Source of the DNA: an uncultured Gemmatimonadaceae bacterium
GTDB taxonomy: Bacteria; Gemmatimonadota; Gemmatimonadetes; Gemmatimonadales; Gemmatimonadaceae
Direction: 5' to 3'
NCBI GenBank assembly: GCA_963751275.1
Contig: CAVVTZ010000009.1
Span: forward strand, 544,001 to 608,000
Length of the DNA: 64,000 bases
Both the position numbers and the translations under genes were made by a program. The notes beneath the pieces are model-generated. The model had not been told where the DNA came from, ran no database searches, and saw only the letters and a program-made list of their open reading frames with translations. This document shows positions 10,865 to 21,248 of the stretch, in pieces (position 1 is the stretch's first letter; each line of letters opens with the position of its first letter).

Positions 10865-13800
10865 ATGATGCGCGCCCGGGTGATCACGGTCGCGGCGGCC
10901 GCCGCGCTGTCGGCGGCGCGCATCGCGCCGGCGCAGACGGCCGCGCCCGCGCCCGCGTCGGCGCAGCTCGCGAGCGCGAATCCCGCGCCGCCGGCGGCGC
11001 CGTTGGATAACGCGATCGAGAAGCTCACGACGTTCACCACGCGCTATCCCGCGAGCCCGCTCCGCCCGGACGCGCTCTTCCAGCTGGGCGAGCTGTTGAT
11101 CCGCCGCGCCGACGAGAATTTCGCGGCGTCGCAGCGCGCCTCATCGGGCGGCGCCGGAGCGCTCGACCGGCCGGACTACGACCCGGCGATCGCGCGCTAC
11201 GTGGAACTGATCACGAAGTATCCGAAGTTCGACCGGATCGACGCGGCCGAGTACACGCTCGGCACGCTGTACACCGCGATGCAGAGGTTCGCCGACGCGG
11301 CGAAGATGTTCACCGCGGTCACGATGCAGCCGGCGTCGCACTTCCGGCCCGAGTCGTTCTTCCGGCTGGGCGATGCGGACTTCGAGCTCGCCGCCAAGGC
11401 GCGCGGCGACGCGCGCAAGGCGCTCTTCGTGCAGGCCGCCACCGCCTACGACAGTGCGACGCACACCGCGCCCGCCGGCGGCGACATTCTACTTCCTGGC
11501 GCTCTACAAGCTGGGATGGTCGTACTACAACCAGGCGACCAAGGCGATGCAGCCGGAGTACTCGCAGGCCGTGGATGTCTTCGGCCGGCTGGTCACCGAG
11601 TACGACCAGCTGACGCCCGCGCAGCAGGCGCGGCTCGGCCTGCGCCGCGAGACCATCGATTACATGGCGGTATCGCTCACGCAGGTGGGCGGCGCGGCGG
11701 CGAGTGACAAGTACTTCGCGGCGCACCCGGCCGCGGGCACCACGTTGGAACTCACCGTGCTGCGGCGTCTCGCCGGCAGCCTGCGCGACCAGGGCGATTT
11801 CGGTAAGGCCGTGCTCGCGTACAAGGAGATCCAGCAGAAGGCGCCGCTCGACTCCACGGCGCTCGGGGTGCAGTCGGACATCATCGACATCTACCAGAAT
11901 CGCGTGCTCGAACCCGACAGCGCGCAGACCGCGCGCCTGGCGCTCGTGAACGACTTCGGGCCGAACACGGATTGGGCGAAGGCGAACCCGACCCTGGTCG
12001 CGGCAGCGAACGCGAAGCGGGAGCAGGCGCTGCGGCAGAGCGCGGAATACGCACTCTCGGTGGCGCAGCGCAAGAAGCCCAAGGACAAGGTGCCGGCGAA
12101 GACGCGCTACGCGGAAGCGGCCGCCCTCTACGGGCGCTACCTCACCGAGTTCGCGGCGTCGGACAGCGCGCAGGTCATGGCGTTCTACGAAGGCGAGGCG
12201 CTCTTCGGCGCGGGCGATTATCCGGCCGCCGGCCAGTCGTACTCGCTCGCCGCCTACTTCTACAAGACCGCGGACGCGAAGCTCGGCGACAAGGCGGGCC
12301 AGGACGCGATCGTCGCCTACGATTCCGCCACGGCGCACGGCCGCGGCGACCGCGTGCAGCAGGATTCGCTGTTCGCGAGCGTGGACCGCTACGTGAGCGC
12401 GTTCCCGGAGAGCCCGGTCGCGAAGACGGCGCTCATCCAGAAGGGCAAGCGCGCCTCCGAGTCGAAGCGCTGGGACGTGATGGAAGCGACGTTCCGCCAG
12501 TACGTGGACAAGTATCCCACCGACGCGTACGTCCCGACGGCGCAGAAGCTGATCGGTGACGCGATGTACAAGCAGGGCGAGTACGGCAAGGCGCAGGCGC
12601 AGTGGGAGGCGGCGGGCGCGCTCGCGATGAAGTCGGGCAAGAAGGCGCTGGCCGATTCGATCACGCGCATCAGCAACGCGGCCACGGTGTCGTTCGGCGA
12701 TTCGCTGGTGAAGGCGGGCGACTACAACCGCGCCGCCGAGGAAGTGTACATCGCCTACGCCGACCGGAATCCCAAGTCGGACAAGGCGCCGGACGCGCTG
12801 CGCAACGCGGTGGAAGTGTACATGCTGGCCGACAGCGCGGCGCGCGCGAAGAACGATGCGGCGGCGTCGCAGGCGGCGCGGGAGCACGCGCTCAACCTCG
12901 CCGATCGCATCACGCGCGATTACCCGGCGTACAAGTACAAGATCCAGTACCAGGCGCTGCAGGCGCAGCTGCTGGGCGAGCTCGGCCACCGCGACAGCGC
13001 GATCGTCGTGCTCTCCACGCTCGTGAAGGAGAACCCGTCGTGGCCGGGGCGCGCCGACGCCATGGTGCGCATCGCGGTGGATCTCGACTCGCTTGGCAAG
13101 AAGAAGGAAGCGGCCGACGCGTACGAGCGCTTCGCCGCGGCGTATCCCAAGGACAAGCGCGCTGCCGACGCGCAATACAACGCGGCGGCCACGTACCTCC
13201 AGGCGGGCGACAGCGCGAACGCCGCACGCGCCCTCGGCGGCTTCGCGCAGATGTACCCGCGCGACAAGCGCACGCCGGATGCGAACGCCGAGCGGATCGT
13301 GCTGCTGAAGGCGACGGGTGCGAACGCCGCGGCCGACGCCGAACTCGCGAAGCTCTGCGGCCATCCGACGGCGCCGCTCAAGGCCGAGTGCGCCTCGCGC
13401 GCCGGCGCGGCCGCGTTCGCGACGGGGCAGGCGCTGTGGGGCAAGTACCAGTCGCTCACGCTCGTGATCCCGAAGAAGATCAACCTGACGCGCGCGGGGG
13501 TGGCGCGTCTGTCGCAGCCCAAGAAGGATCTGCTCGCGAAGATGAACGGCGATTTCGCCAAGGCGATCGAGACCGGCTCCCCCGAGTGGGTGTCGGCGGG
13601 CAGCTACTATGCGGGGCTCGCCCAGTGGGAGTACGGCAACTTCCTCGCGAATGTAACGCTTCCGTCAGACTTGTCGCCCGAAGAGAGCCAGGCGGCGCAG
13701 GCGGGTGCGGCGAAGCAGGCGGAAGCGTACTATCAGGCGGCGAACAAACTCTGGAAGGCGCTCGTGGACAAGTCGGTGAAGGAGCAGTTCACGAACGCGT

Positions 13801-13922
13801 GGGTCGATCGCGCGAAGGCGGCGCTCACGGGCAAGGTGGACGCGGCGCCGGGTTCGACACCGGCGGCTCCGACACCGGCCGCGCCAGCGCCCGCGAAGCC
13901 GCCGGCGGGAGGTGGACGATGA
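10865..13922 (+). CDS. Large periplasmic TPR protein (GltD/AgmU-like); +1 frameshift near 11487
   Basis: ORFs 10598.. and 11373.. join as ...APAGGDI|YFLALYKLGWSYY; many YP.S..APDAL-type TPR motifs. Confidence 0.8.
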
Positions 13923-14698
13923 GCACCATGGCGCGGAGCCGAACCGTCGCGGTCGTGTCCGTCGTGCTGGCGCTCCTTGCCGCCGGCGCGCTGACGGCGC
14001 GCGCGCAGGGGCAGCAGCCGCCCGCGAAGAAGACGACGACGGGGCAGACGATCGAGATCCGCGGGCAGGCGCCCACGCCGCAGGTCGTGACCGTGCGTCC
14101 GCGCGAAGTGCCGGTGTACAAGCCGGCGGCGCTGCCGGGCGCCGTGATGACGTCGGGCGCGTGGCCCTCGGTGACCGCGGCCTACGCGATCACGCCGTCC
14201 GACCAGCTGGCCGGCCATCTGCCGATCGACACGTCGGCCGCGGGACTCGCCCGCGGCGGCGCGATGCTGGGCACCGTGGCGGTCACGGGCGCGGCGGCGC
14301 ACGGTGCGGCCGCCGGCGGCGCCGGCGCCGCGGGCGCCCCCGTGCCGGGCGGCAGCGCGGCGGAGATCGAAGCCATGCGCAAGGAGCTCGCGATGCGCCG
14401 GGCGCGCCTCGATTCGCTCCAGAGGGCGCTGAACGAGAACGCGAGCCGCCAGACCGAGCTGGGCGCGCCGCCGGTTGCCGCGGGTGCCGCGGGCGCCGCG
14501 CACGTGTCGGCCGCCGACTCGGCGGCCCGCGCGGCCGAGATCGACGCGATCCGGCGCGAGTTGAATTACCGGATGCAGCGGCTCGACTCGCTGCAGCGTG
14601 AAGTGAATACCCTGGGCCGGGCCAAGACGCTGCCGCCCGTGAAGGCCGACACCACGAAGAAGGCGCCGCCGGGCAATACGCCGCGCGGCTCCCGTTGA
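13919..14698 (+). CDS. Secreted protein with GltF/CglF-like N-terminal motif and two short coiled coils
   Basis: ATGA overlap, signal peptide, TIEIRGQAPTPQVVTVRPR motif, repeated AAEI.A.R.EL..R..RLDSLQR. Confidence 0.65.
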   Translation: MSTMARSRTVAVVSVVLALLAAGALTARAQGQQPPAKKTTTGQTIEIRGQAPTPQVVTVRPREVPVYKPAALPGAVMTSGAWPSVTAAYAITPSDQLAGHLPIDTSAAGLARGGAMLGTVAVTGAAAHGAAAGGAGAAGAPVPGGSAAEIEAMRKELAMRRARLDSLQRALNENASRQTELGAPPVAAGAAGAAHVSAADSAARAAEIDAIRRELNYRMQRLDSLQREVNTLGRAKTLPPVKADTTKKAPPGNTPRGSR

Positions 14699-14738
14699 AC
14701 CCTGACCGCGTTCGAAATCCTACGGAGGATCCGCGTCG

Positions 14739-15377
14739 ATGAACTTCATCCAGTATTTCCGGAACGGCGGCCCGATCATGTATCCCATCCTCCTGACCGC
14801 GATCGTGGGGGCTGCGATATTCTTCGAGCGCTTCTACACGATCGTGATCCGGTCGAAGATCAACGGCCGCGCCTTCATCGAGCGCGTGATCCAGCTCGTG
14901 CGAGCGGGCAAGACCGAGGATGCGATCAAGCTCTGCCAGCAGTCGAAGGCCGTGCTGCCGGACATGGGCATGCTCATCCTCCGCAGCCGGAGCCGCGATG
15001 AGGCGGATCTCCAGAACGTGGCCGACGCGGCCGCGCTCTCGGTGCTGCCGCGGCTGACGCGGCGGCTGCACTATCTACCGATGCTCGCGAACGTCGCGAC
15101 GCTCATCGGGCTGCTCGGCACGATCTTCGGCCTGCAGGCGGCCTTCGCGTCGGTGGGGCTGGCGAGTGCCGCGGCGCGCAGCGGCGAGCTGGCCAAGGGC
15201 ATCTCGGTGGCGCTCTACGCCACCGGCTTCGGGCTGCTCACCGCGATCCCGCTCTCCGTGGGGCACGCGTATCTCGTGAGCCAGGCGGAAGGGATCATCG
15301 AGCAGGTGGACGAGTTCCAGGTGCGGTTGATCAATGCGTTGATCGACCGGCCGGACGTGCGGATCGGGAACCGGTAA
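14739..15377 (+). CDS. MotA/TolQ/ExbB proton channel (AglR-like)
   Basis: GGPIMYPI, ATLIGLLGTIFGL and GISVALYATGFGL motifs. Confidence 0.95.
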   Translation: MNFIQYFRNGGPIMYPILLTAIVGAAIFFERFYTIVIRSKINGRAFIERVIQLVRAGKTEDAIKLCQQSKAVLPDMGMLILRSRSRDEADLQNVADAAALSVLPRLTRRLHYLPMLANVATLIGLLGTIFGLQAAFASVGLASAAARSGELAKGISVALYATGFGLLTAIPLSVGHAYLVSQAEGIIEQVDEFQVRLINALIDRPDVRIGNR

Positions 15378-15444
15378 TGACAGTGTGCACGCGCGGCCGC
15401 GGCCGGCGTCCCACTGTATGACGACTCACGTGAGCTGAGCCGAT

Positions 15445-15975
15445 ATGGCCTCGCTATTCCACCGATCCACGAACCGGCGCAAGGCGGCCGCGCCGTTGAC
15501 GGCGCACGGGAACATCAATCTCGTGCCGCTGGTGGACATCCTCACGTCCATCGTGTTCTTCTCGCTCATCACGCTGCAGAACGCGGACGTCGCCCAGCTG
15601 ACGAGCTTCGATCTTTCGCTGCCGCCGGTGGTGGTGACCACGCCGGAGCAGCTCAGCAAGCTCAAGGCCGACCAGGCGCTCGACCTGCTGCTCACGGTGC
15701 GCGTGGACAACGATCATCTGCTCATCGAGCATTCGGAGGAGGGCGGCTTCAAGCGGCAGATCAACGGGCTCGATTCGGCGTCGCTGGCGTCGCTGCAGGC
15801 GCTGATGACGGAGATCCGCCAGAAGTATCCGCAGAACAGCGATGTGACGGTGATCCCGGATGACGACGTGAGCTACGACAACATCGTGCACGTGCTGGAG
15901 CGGCTGAAGCTCGCGCGCTTCACGGGCATCTCGCTTGGCACCCGTTCGCGCGGCGCGGCCGCGCCGGGAGCGTAG
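15445..15975 (+). CDS. ExbD/TolR family protein 1
   Basis: INLVPLVDIL TM segment with the conserved Asp; PDDDVSYDNIVHVL. Confidence 0.92.
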   Translation: MASLFHRSTNRRKAAAPLTAHGNINLVPLVDILTSIVFFSLITLQNADVAQLTSFDLSLPPVVVTTPEQLSKLKADQALDLLLTVRVDNDHLLIEHSEEGGFKRQINGLDSASLASLQALMTEIRQKYPQNSDVTVIPDDDVSYDNIVHVLERLKLARFTGISLGTRSRGAAAPGA

Positions 15976-15976
15976 T

Positions 15977-16558
15977 ATGGCCGCCCGGGGCCGTGACGCC
16001 CGCGCGCAGCGGCGCGCTCAGCAGTTCGCGAAGTTCCGGATCACGGAACTGAATCTCGTGCCGCTGGTGGACACCTTCGTGTCGATCGTCTTCTTCGCGC
16101 TCACGAGCGCGACGGTGGGCGAACTGGCGCCGGTCGCACCCGGCGTGCGGCTCCCCGAGGCGTCGGTGGGCAGCAGCGCGCTCCAGGAACTCACGCTGGG
16201 CGTGGGCCGCGACATCACGCTGGGCGGCGCGCGCGTCACCGGCACGCTGGACGCGGCGGCCGCGGCGTCCAATGATCCGACGCAGCCGCTGCTCATCCCG
16301 GTGCTCCTCACCGCGCTCAAGGAAGCGGGCGATTCGATCAAGACCGCGCACGGGCTCGCCGCCGACCAGCCGGTGGATGCGCCGCTCGCGATCCAGGCCG
16401 ACAAGAGCATGCGCTACGATCTGCTCGCGCGGCTGATGCAGACATCGCGGCTCGCGGGATTCAAGAACATCTCGCTGCAGGTCAAGCGCACGGGCGAAGC
16501 GGCGCCCGTGGTGGACAGCACCGCCGCGCCGCCGGCGGCTCCGACGGGAGGGCGCTGA
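15977..16558 (+). CDS. ExbD/TolR family protein 2
   Basis: LNLVPLVDTF TM segment with Asp; IQADKSMRY...AGF. Confidence 0.92.
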   Translation: MAARGRDARAQRRAQQFAKFRITELNLVPLVDTFVSIVFFALTSATVGELAPVAPGVRLPEASVGSSALQELTLGVGRDITLGGARVTGTLDAAAAASNDPTQPLLIPVLLTALKEAGDSIKTAHGLAADQPVDAPLAIQADKSMRYDLLARLMQTSRLAGFKNISLQVKRTGEAAPVVDSTAAPPAAPTGGR

Positions 16559-16559
16559 G

Positions 16560-17507
16560 ATGAACAAGCCGCCGCCGCGCCCGCCGGACATCCGCAAGCG
16601 CGTGGACGAAGTCTCGTTCACGCGCAACATGCGCTTCGAGATCGCGGACGCCGAGGAGCGCGCGCTGATCTGGAGCTACGTGTTGGCCGTGTCGATGGGA
16701 TTGGTGTGGCTGCTGCTCGTCTGGTTCGGGCCGTCGCCGCAGGCATCGATCAGCCTGCTGCCGCCGGAGGAGACGCCGGTGGAGGTGAAGTTCGACGACG
16801 CGAAGCCGGCGCCCACGCCCACGGCGGCGCCCGCCGCGGCGCCGGCCGCGGCCGCCCCGAAGCCCGCGGGCGGCAATGAGGGCGCGAATCAGAAGAACAT
16901 CAAGAAGATGGGCGACGCGTTCGGCGGCGCCTCGAAGGGCGGCGGCGGCATGGTGGGCGACGTCTCCAACGCGCTGCGCGGCGTGGACGTGAGCTCGTCC
17001 AGCGGCGGTTCGCCGGGCATGCAGGGGAAGGCGGTGATCGGCTATGGCCAGGGCGGCCAGGGCTCGCGCACGCCGGGACGCGGCGGCCTCGGCACCGGAC
17101 TCGGCACCGGCGGCGGCGGGATCGGCGGCGTCGGCGGCAATGGCGTCGGCTACTCGGGCACGCTCGTCGGCGCGCCGCAGGTGATCCACGCGACGAACGC
17201 CGGCGGCCCGGGCCGCAACACGTCGGACCTCGGCAATTACGTGCGCGGCCGCGATTCGCAGCTGCGGTTCTGCTATGAGGAGTACGGCCTGAAGGTGAAT
17301 CCGTCGCTCGCGGGGTCCGTCACCGCGGCGGTGACGCTCACAGGGCAGGGGAACGTGACGGACGTCACGATCTCGGATCGCACCTGGAGCGGCGCTGGAT
17401 CATCCGAGGCGGAGAATTGCATCAAGCAGCGGATCGCGGGGTGGAGATTCCCGCCCTCGGAAGCAGGGGGAGGGACATACTCCTTCTCCTTCTCGTTCTC
17501 CAAGTAA
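16560..17507 (+). CDS. TonB-like energy transducer with AgmX/PglI-type C-terminal domain (GltG-like)
   Basis: Single TM helix, Pro/Ala then Gly-rich linker, C-terminal LRFCYE...PSLAGSV...CI...WRFP...FSF. Confidence 0.85.
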   Translation: MNKPPPRPPDIRKRVDEVSFTRNMRFEIADAEERALIWSYVLAVSMGLVWLLLVWFGPSPQASISLLPPEETPVEVKFDDAKPAPTPTAAPAAAPAAAAPKPAGGNEGANQKNIKKMGDAFGGASKGGGGMVGDVSNALRGVDVSSSSGGSPGMQGKAVIGYGQGGQGSRTPGRGGLGTGLGTGGGGIGGVGGNGVGYSGTLVGAPQVIHATNAGGPGRNTSDLGNYVRGRDSQLRFCYEEYGLKVNPSLAGSVTAAVTLTGQGNVTDVTISDRTWSGAGSSEAENCIKQRIAGWRFPPSEAGGGTYSFSFSFSK

Positions 17508-17526
17508 GTACGTAACTGCGTTCGTA

Positions 17527-17934
17527 GAACCCCGAACGCCGTGAGGCGCACCCCGAACGCCGTGAGGCGTGAGGCGTGCGAGGAACGGACTGTACGGCGT
17601 GAGCCGAACCCCTGACAGCGTGATTCGCGACCCACGCTCCGGCATTCGTCCCCCTAACGCCGGCGTGGGGTGCGCCTCACGCCTCACGCCCGTTCGTCGC
17701 ACGCCTCACGCCTCACGGCGTTCGTGCGCCTCACGCCTCACAGTCCGTTCGTCGCATGCCTCACGCCTCACGGCGTTCGGGGTGCGCCTCACGCCTCACA
17801 GTCCGTTCGTCGCACGACTCACGCCTCACGGCCTTCGGGGTGCGCCTCACGCCTCACAGTCCGTTCGTCGCATGCCTCACGCCTCACGGCGTTCGGGGGG
17901 ACGAACGACGGGGTTCGGGTCTCGCCTCACGCCG
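17527..17934. repeat. Composite repeat: inverted CCCGAACGCCGTGAGGCG units plus four tandem ~58-bp units built of CGCCTCA heptamers
   Basis: Units start at 17670, 17724, 17782 and 17840. The left part (about 17530-17600) is the reverse complement of the unit. Lies between convergent stop codons. Confidence 0.9.
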
Positions 17935-18534
17935 TCAGTCGTTGATCCGCAGCGTGTCCGTCCGGTCCGCGATGATCTCGACTCTCCGCGGCGTCCCGAC
18001 CGATTCTCCGCGCTTGCCGAGTGCGATGATCCACCATGTTCCGGCTCGCAGGGTGAGCAATGCTCGCTCATTCACGATCTTCGCGCGCGCGAGTTCCCGT
18101 CCGCCGGCCGCGGCTTCCTTCTCGAGTTCGCCCGTGTCGACCGCGCGCACCGGCCCCTCGTGGTGCCGCAGCGTATCCCGGCGGATCCGGAGACTCTCGG
18201 CATTCGCGGCATCGCGGGTGAACGCGGCGTACGCGTCCGCGTAGGCCGGTGTGCGGCGGTCGGTCTTGTCGAGGGAATCGGCGCGCGTGTTGAGCCGCGT
18301 GCGCGCTCGCTGGTACTCGGCGTTCAGCGAATCCGCGGCGTGATGCGCGGGGTCGTTCACAATGAGGAGCGAGGGATCCACCGGCGCGGCGAGCACTTCC
18401 ACGGCTCCCGGCACGGTGGTAGAATCCAACGTGACGCGCAGCGTGCCGCTGCGCGCGCACGCGACGGCCGCGAGGAGCACGACGGGAGCGGCGCGCCGCA
18501 GTCTCCCAACGAGGGCGCACACTGAGTGTGGCAT
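17935..18534 (-). CDS. Hypothetical exported protein or lipoprotein (start uncertain)
   Basis: C-terminal part of ORF 17935..19104 with a RRAAPVVLLAAVAC lipobox-like signal. Confidence 0.6.
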   Translation of the reverse strand: MPHSVCALVGRLRRAAPVVLLAAVACARSGTLRVTLDSTTVPGAVEVLAAPVDPSLLIVNDPAHHAADSLNAEYQRARTRLNTRADSLDKTDRRTPAYADAYAAFTRDAANAESLRIRRDTLRHHEGPVRAVDTGELEKEAAAGGRELARAKIVNERALLTLRAGTWWIIALGKRGESVGTPRRVEIIADRTDTLRIND

Positions 18535-19335
18535 AGAGCGCTGCAAGGTATCGGCGCCCTCTGGGTGCTGCAAGGCACGATGCCGGCGCTGCCGGAGCCT
18601 CGCGGCTACGTCAACGACTTCGCGAACGTCATCCCCGCGGAGCAGGCCGCGCGCATCGCGAGCATCATCGACGCCGTGCGCACGCAGTCGGGTGGCGAGA
18701 TCGTGGTGGTCACGCTGCCGAGCATCGGCGACGCGAGCGTGAACGACGTCGCGCTCCAGATCGGCCGGCAATGGAAGGTTGGGAAGAAAGCGGCGCCGGG
18801 CGATCCCGCGCGCAACACCGGCATCATCATCCTCGTGGTGCCGAAGGAGACGAGCGCCGACGGCCGCGGCCACGTCGCGATCGAGACGGGCTCCGGCACC
18901 GAGGGCTTCATCACGGATGGCGACGCCGGCCAGATCCGCGACGAGGCGATCCCGCTCTTCCAGGAACGCGATTACGGCGGCGCGATCCTGCTCATCACCT
19001 CGCGCGTCGCCGAACGTTATGCGTCGGAGTTCCACTTCTCGCTGGACTCGTCGCTCGCGATCACGCCGCCGCCCATCCGCATTCCCCGCCCGCAGATGCC
19101 CCACATCGATCCGATCTGGGTCTTCTTGGCGTTCATCGTTTTGGTTAACCTATTGCGGGTGCTTTCGGGCCGCGGCGGGTGCTTCGGCTGCGCCGCGCCG
19201 CTGTTCATCGGTGGCGGCCGCCGGGGCGGCTGGACCAGCGGCGGTGGCGGCGGCTTCGGCGGCGGTGGAGGAGGCTTCGGCGGTTTCGGTGGTGGCGGCG
19301 GGTTCAGCGGCGGCGGCGCAAGCGGGAGCTGGTGA
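18526..19335 (+). CDS. TPM-domain (YgcG-like) membrane protein
   Basis: YVNDFANVI, EIVVVTL, W.VG, IETG.G.EG.ITD; TM helix and GGFGGGGGFSGGGASGSW tail. Confidence 0.92.
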   Translation: MWHRALQGIGALWVLQGTMPALPEPRGYVNDFANVIPAEQAARIASIIDAVRTQSGGEIVVVTLPSIGDASVNDVALQIGRQWKVGKKAAPGDPARNTGIIILVVPKETSADGRGHVAIETGSGTEGFITDGDAGQIRDEAIPLFQERDYGGAILLITSRVAERYASEFHFSLDSSLAITPPPIRIPRPQMPHIDPIWVFLAFIVLVNLLRVLSGRGGCFGCAAPLFIGGGRRGGWTSGGGGGFGGGGGGFGGFGGGGGFSGGGASGSW

Positions 19336-19336
19336 C

Positions 19337-20053
19337 ATGGCCAAGATGACACTCGACGCACTCGTCTCCCAACTGAAGCTCGCCTTCGGCGCCGAGCTGC
19401 GCGCTGTGGTGCTATACGGCTCCGCGGTGCGCGAGCCGTCCGGCGCACTGCGCGGCGGCCACAACGTGCTCGTCGTGGTGGAGCACATCACGATGGACAC
19501 GCTCGCGCGTGAAGCCGCGATCGCGGCGGCGTGGACCGAGGCCGGCAATCCGCCGCTCCTCACCATGACCTCCGACGAGTTCCACGGATCGGCCGACATC
19601 TTCCCCATCGAATACGCCGACCTGCTCGACGCGCACCGCATCCTCCACGGCTCATTGGCCATCGACGGCATGCAGGTGGAGCGCAGCGACCTGCGGCTGC
19701 ATCTCGAGCACGAAGCGATGGGCAAGCTCCTTCGCTTGCGCCGCGGCATCCTCGCGGTGGGCGGCGACCGCAAGCGCCAGATCGCGTTGCTCGCCGAGAG
19801 CGTGGGCGCGTTCGTCGTGCTCTTTCGCGCATTGCTGCGCGTGCATGGCGATGCGCCGCCGGCCGACGCCGCGGCGCTCATCACCTCCGCGGCCGCGCGC
19901 GCCGGCTTCGACGCCGCCCCGTTCCAGGCGGCGCTGCATCACGCGCGCGGCGACGAGAAGATCCCCCCGGCCAACGCACCGGCCGTGCTGAACGCCTACC
20001 TCGCGGGCGCCACGCAACTGGCGCATCACATCGATCGCATGGGAGCATCATGA
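19337..20053 (+). CDS. Nucleotidyltransferase-fold protein
   Basis: VVLYGSA motif and DIFPIEY. Confidence 0.75.
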   Translation: MAKMTLDALVSQLKLAFGAELRAVVLYGSAVREPSGALRGGHNVLVVVEHITMDTLAREAAIAAAWTEAGNPPLLTMTSDEFHGSADIFPIEYADLLDAHRILHGSLAIDGMQVERSDLRLHLEHEAMGKLLRLRRGILAVGGDRKRQIALLAESVGAFVVLFRALLRVHGDAPPADAAALITSAAARAGFDAAPFQAALHHARGDEKIPPANAPAVLNAYLAGATQLAHHIDRMGAS

Positions 20054-20538
20054 AACGACTCGCGCTCTTCCCGCTGGCGCTCGGCTTCGCGCTCGTCCTC
20101 GCGGCCTGTCCCAAGGAGAAGCCCAAGCCCGCGCCGGTCGCGGCGGACACGACACCGCTCAACCTCGATTCCGTGAAGACGGCCATCGCCCCCGCGGCGC
20201 CGGACACCTTCACGCCGATCAAGGCGGCCGAGCAGATCCCGCCGGCGCCGCCGGCGCTGCTGGACGCGGTGCAGCGCGAGCAGTCGTTCAGCAAATTCTG
20301 CTACCAGGAATTCGGCCAGAAGGCGGATCCGTCGCTCGCGGGCGGCGTGGCGATGGTGGTGACCGTGGAGTCGAGCGGCATCACCGACGCGCACGTGCGC
20401 GCCGACTCGTGGACCTCCAAGGCGGGAAAGGCCGTGAACACTTGCCTCAATGAAAAGGCGCCGCTGGCGTGGAAGCCCGAGCCGGGATCCGTGAAACCGG
20501 GCCGCTACATCGTGCAACTCGCGTTCCGTCCATCGTGA
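20050..20538 (+). CDS. Lipoprotein with AgmX/PglI-type TonB-C domain
   Basis: LAAC lipobox; FCYQEFGQKADPSLAGGV matches the C-terminal domain of 16560..17507. Confidence 0.75.
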   Translation: MKRLALFPLALGFALVLAACPKEKPKPAPVAADTTPLNLDSVKTAIAPAAPDTFTPIKAAEQIPPAPPALLDAVQREQSFSKFCYQEFGQKADPSLAGGVAMVVTVESSGITDAHVRADSWTSKAGKAVNTCLNEKAPLAWKPEPGSVKPGRYIVQLAFRPS

Positions 20539-20576
20539 CCGACGCTCGCCCCATTCTCTGATCGGGAGACCGAACG

Positions 20577-21197
20577 ATGCGCAAGAATAGATGGCTGGTG
20601 CTGTTGCTCCCGCTCTCGCTCGCCGGCTGCGGCTACAACCGCATCCAGACGATGGATGAGGCGGCGAATTCCGCGCGCAGCCAGATCGAAGTGCAGCTGC
20701 AGCGGCGGGCGGACCTGATCCCGAATCTCGTGAGCACCGTGAAGGGCTACGCGGCGCACGAGGATGAAGTGTTCACCAAGGTGGCGGAAGCGCGCACCGC
20801 GCTGATCGGCGCCATCGGCACGCACGATCCCGAGCAGATGGCCGCGGCGAACGCGCAGACCACGAGCGCGCTCGGCCGGCTGCTCGCGATCTCGGAGAAC
20901 TATCCGAACCTGAAGGCCGACCAGAGTTTCATCCGGCTCCAGGACGAACTGACGGGCACCGAGAACCGGATCGCCGTCTCGCGCAGCGACTACAACCAGG
21001 CGGCGCAGGCGTACAACGCGTACATCCGCCAGTTCCCCATCGTGCTCACGGCGAAGGTGATCGGCGCGAAGGCGAAGCCGTACTTCGAGACGTTGACGCC
21101 CGGCGCCGCGACCGCGCCCACGGTGGATTTCTCGAAGCCGGGTGCGGCGCCGCCGGCGCCGCCAGCGCCCGCGCCGGCCCCGACGAAGGTTCCATAA
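20577..21197 (+). CDS. lemA: LemA family protein
   Basis: GCGYN, LQRRADLIPNLV.TVKGYA.HE, ENYPNLKA, ENRIAV.R..YN. Confidence 0.95.
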   Translation: MRKNRWLVLLLPLSLAGCGYNRIQTMDEAANSARSQIEVQLQRRADLIPNLVSTVKGYAAHEDEVFTKVAEARTALIGAIGTHDPEQMAAANAQTTSALGRLLAISENYPNLKADQSFIRLQDELTGTENRIAVSRSDYNQAAQAYNAYIRQFPIVLTAKVIGAKAKPYFETLTPGAATAPTVDFSKPGAAPPAPPAPAPAPTKVP

Positions 21198-21248
21198 TCA
21201 AAGAAGGGCATGCGTGAGGCGTGAGTCGTGCGTGACGGCGTGACTCGT

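Noticed and set aside
17670..17897. Possible CRISPR array
   Set aside because: The units are contiguous near-identical tandem repeats with no unique spacers, and there are no cas genes.
17569..18525. ORFs with repeated ASRLT peptides
   Set aside because: They are translations of the non-coding heptamer repeat.
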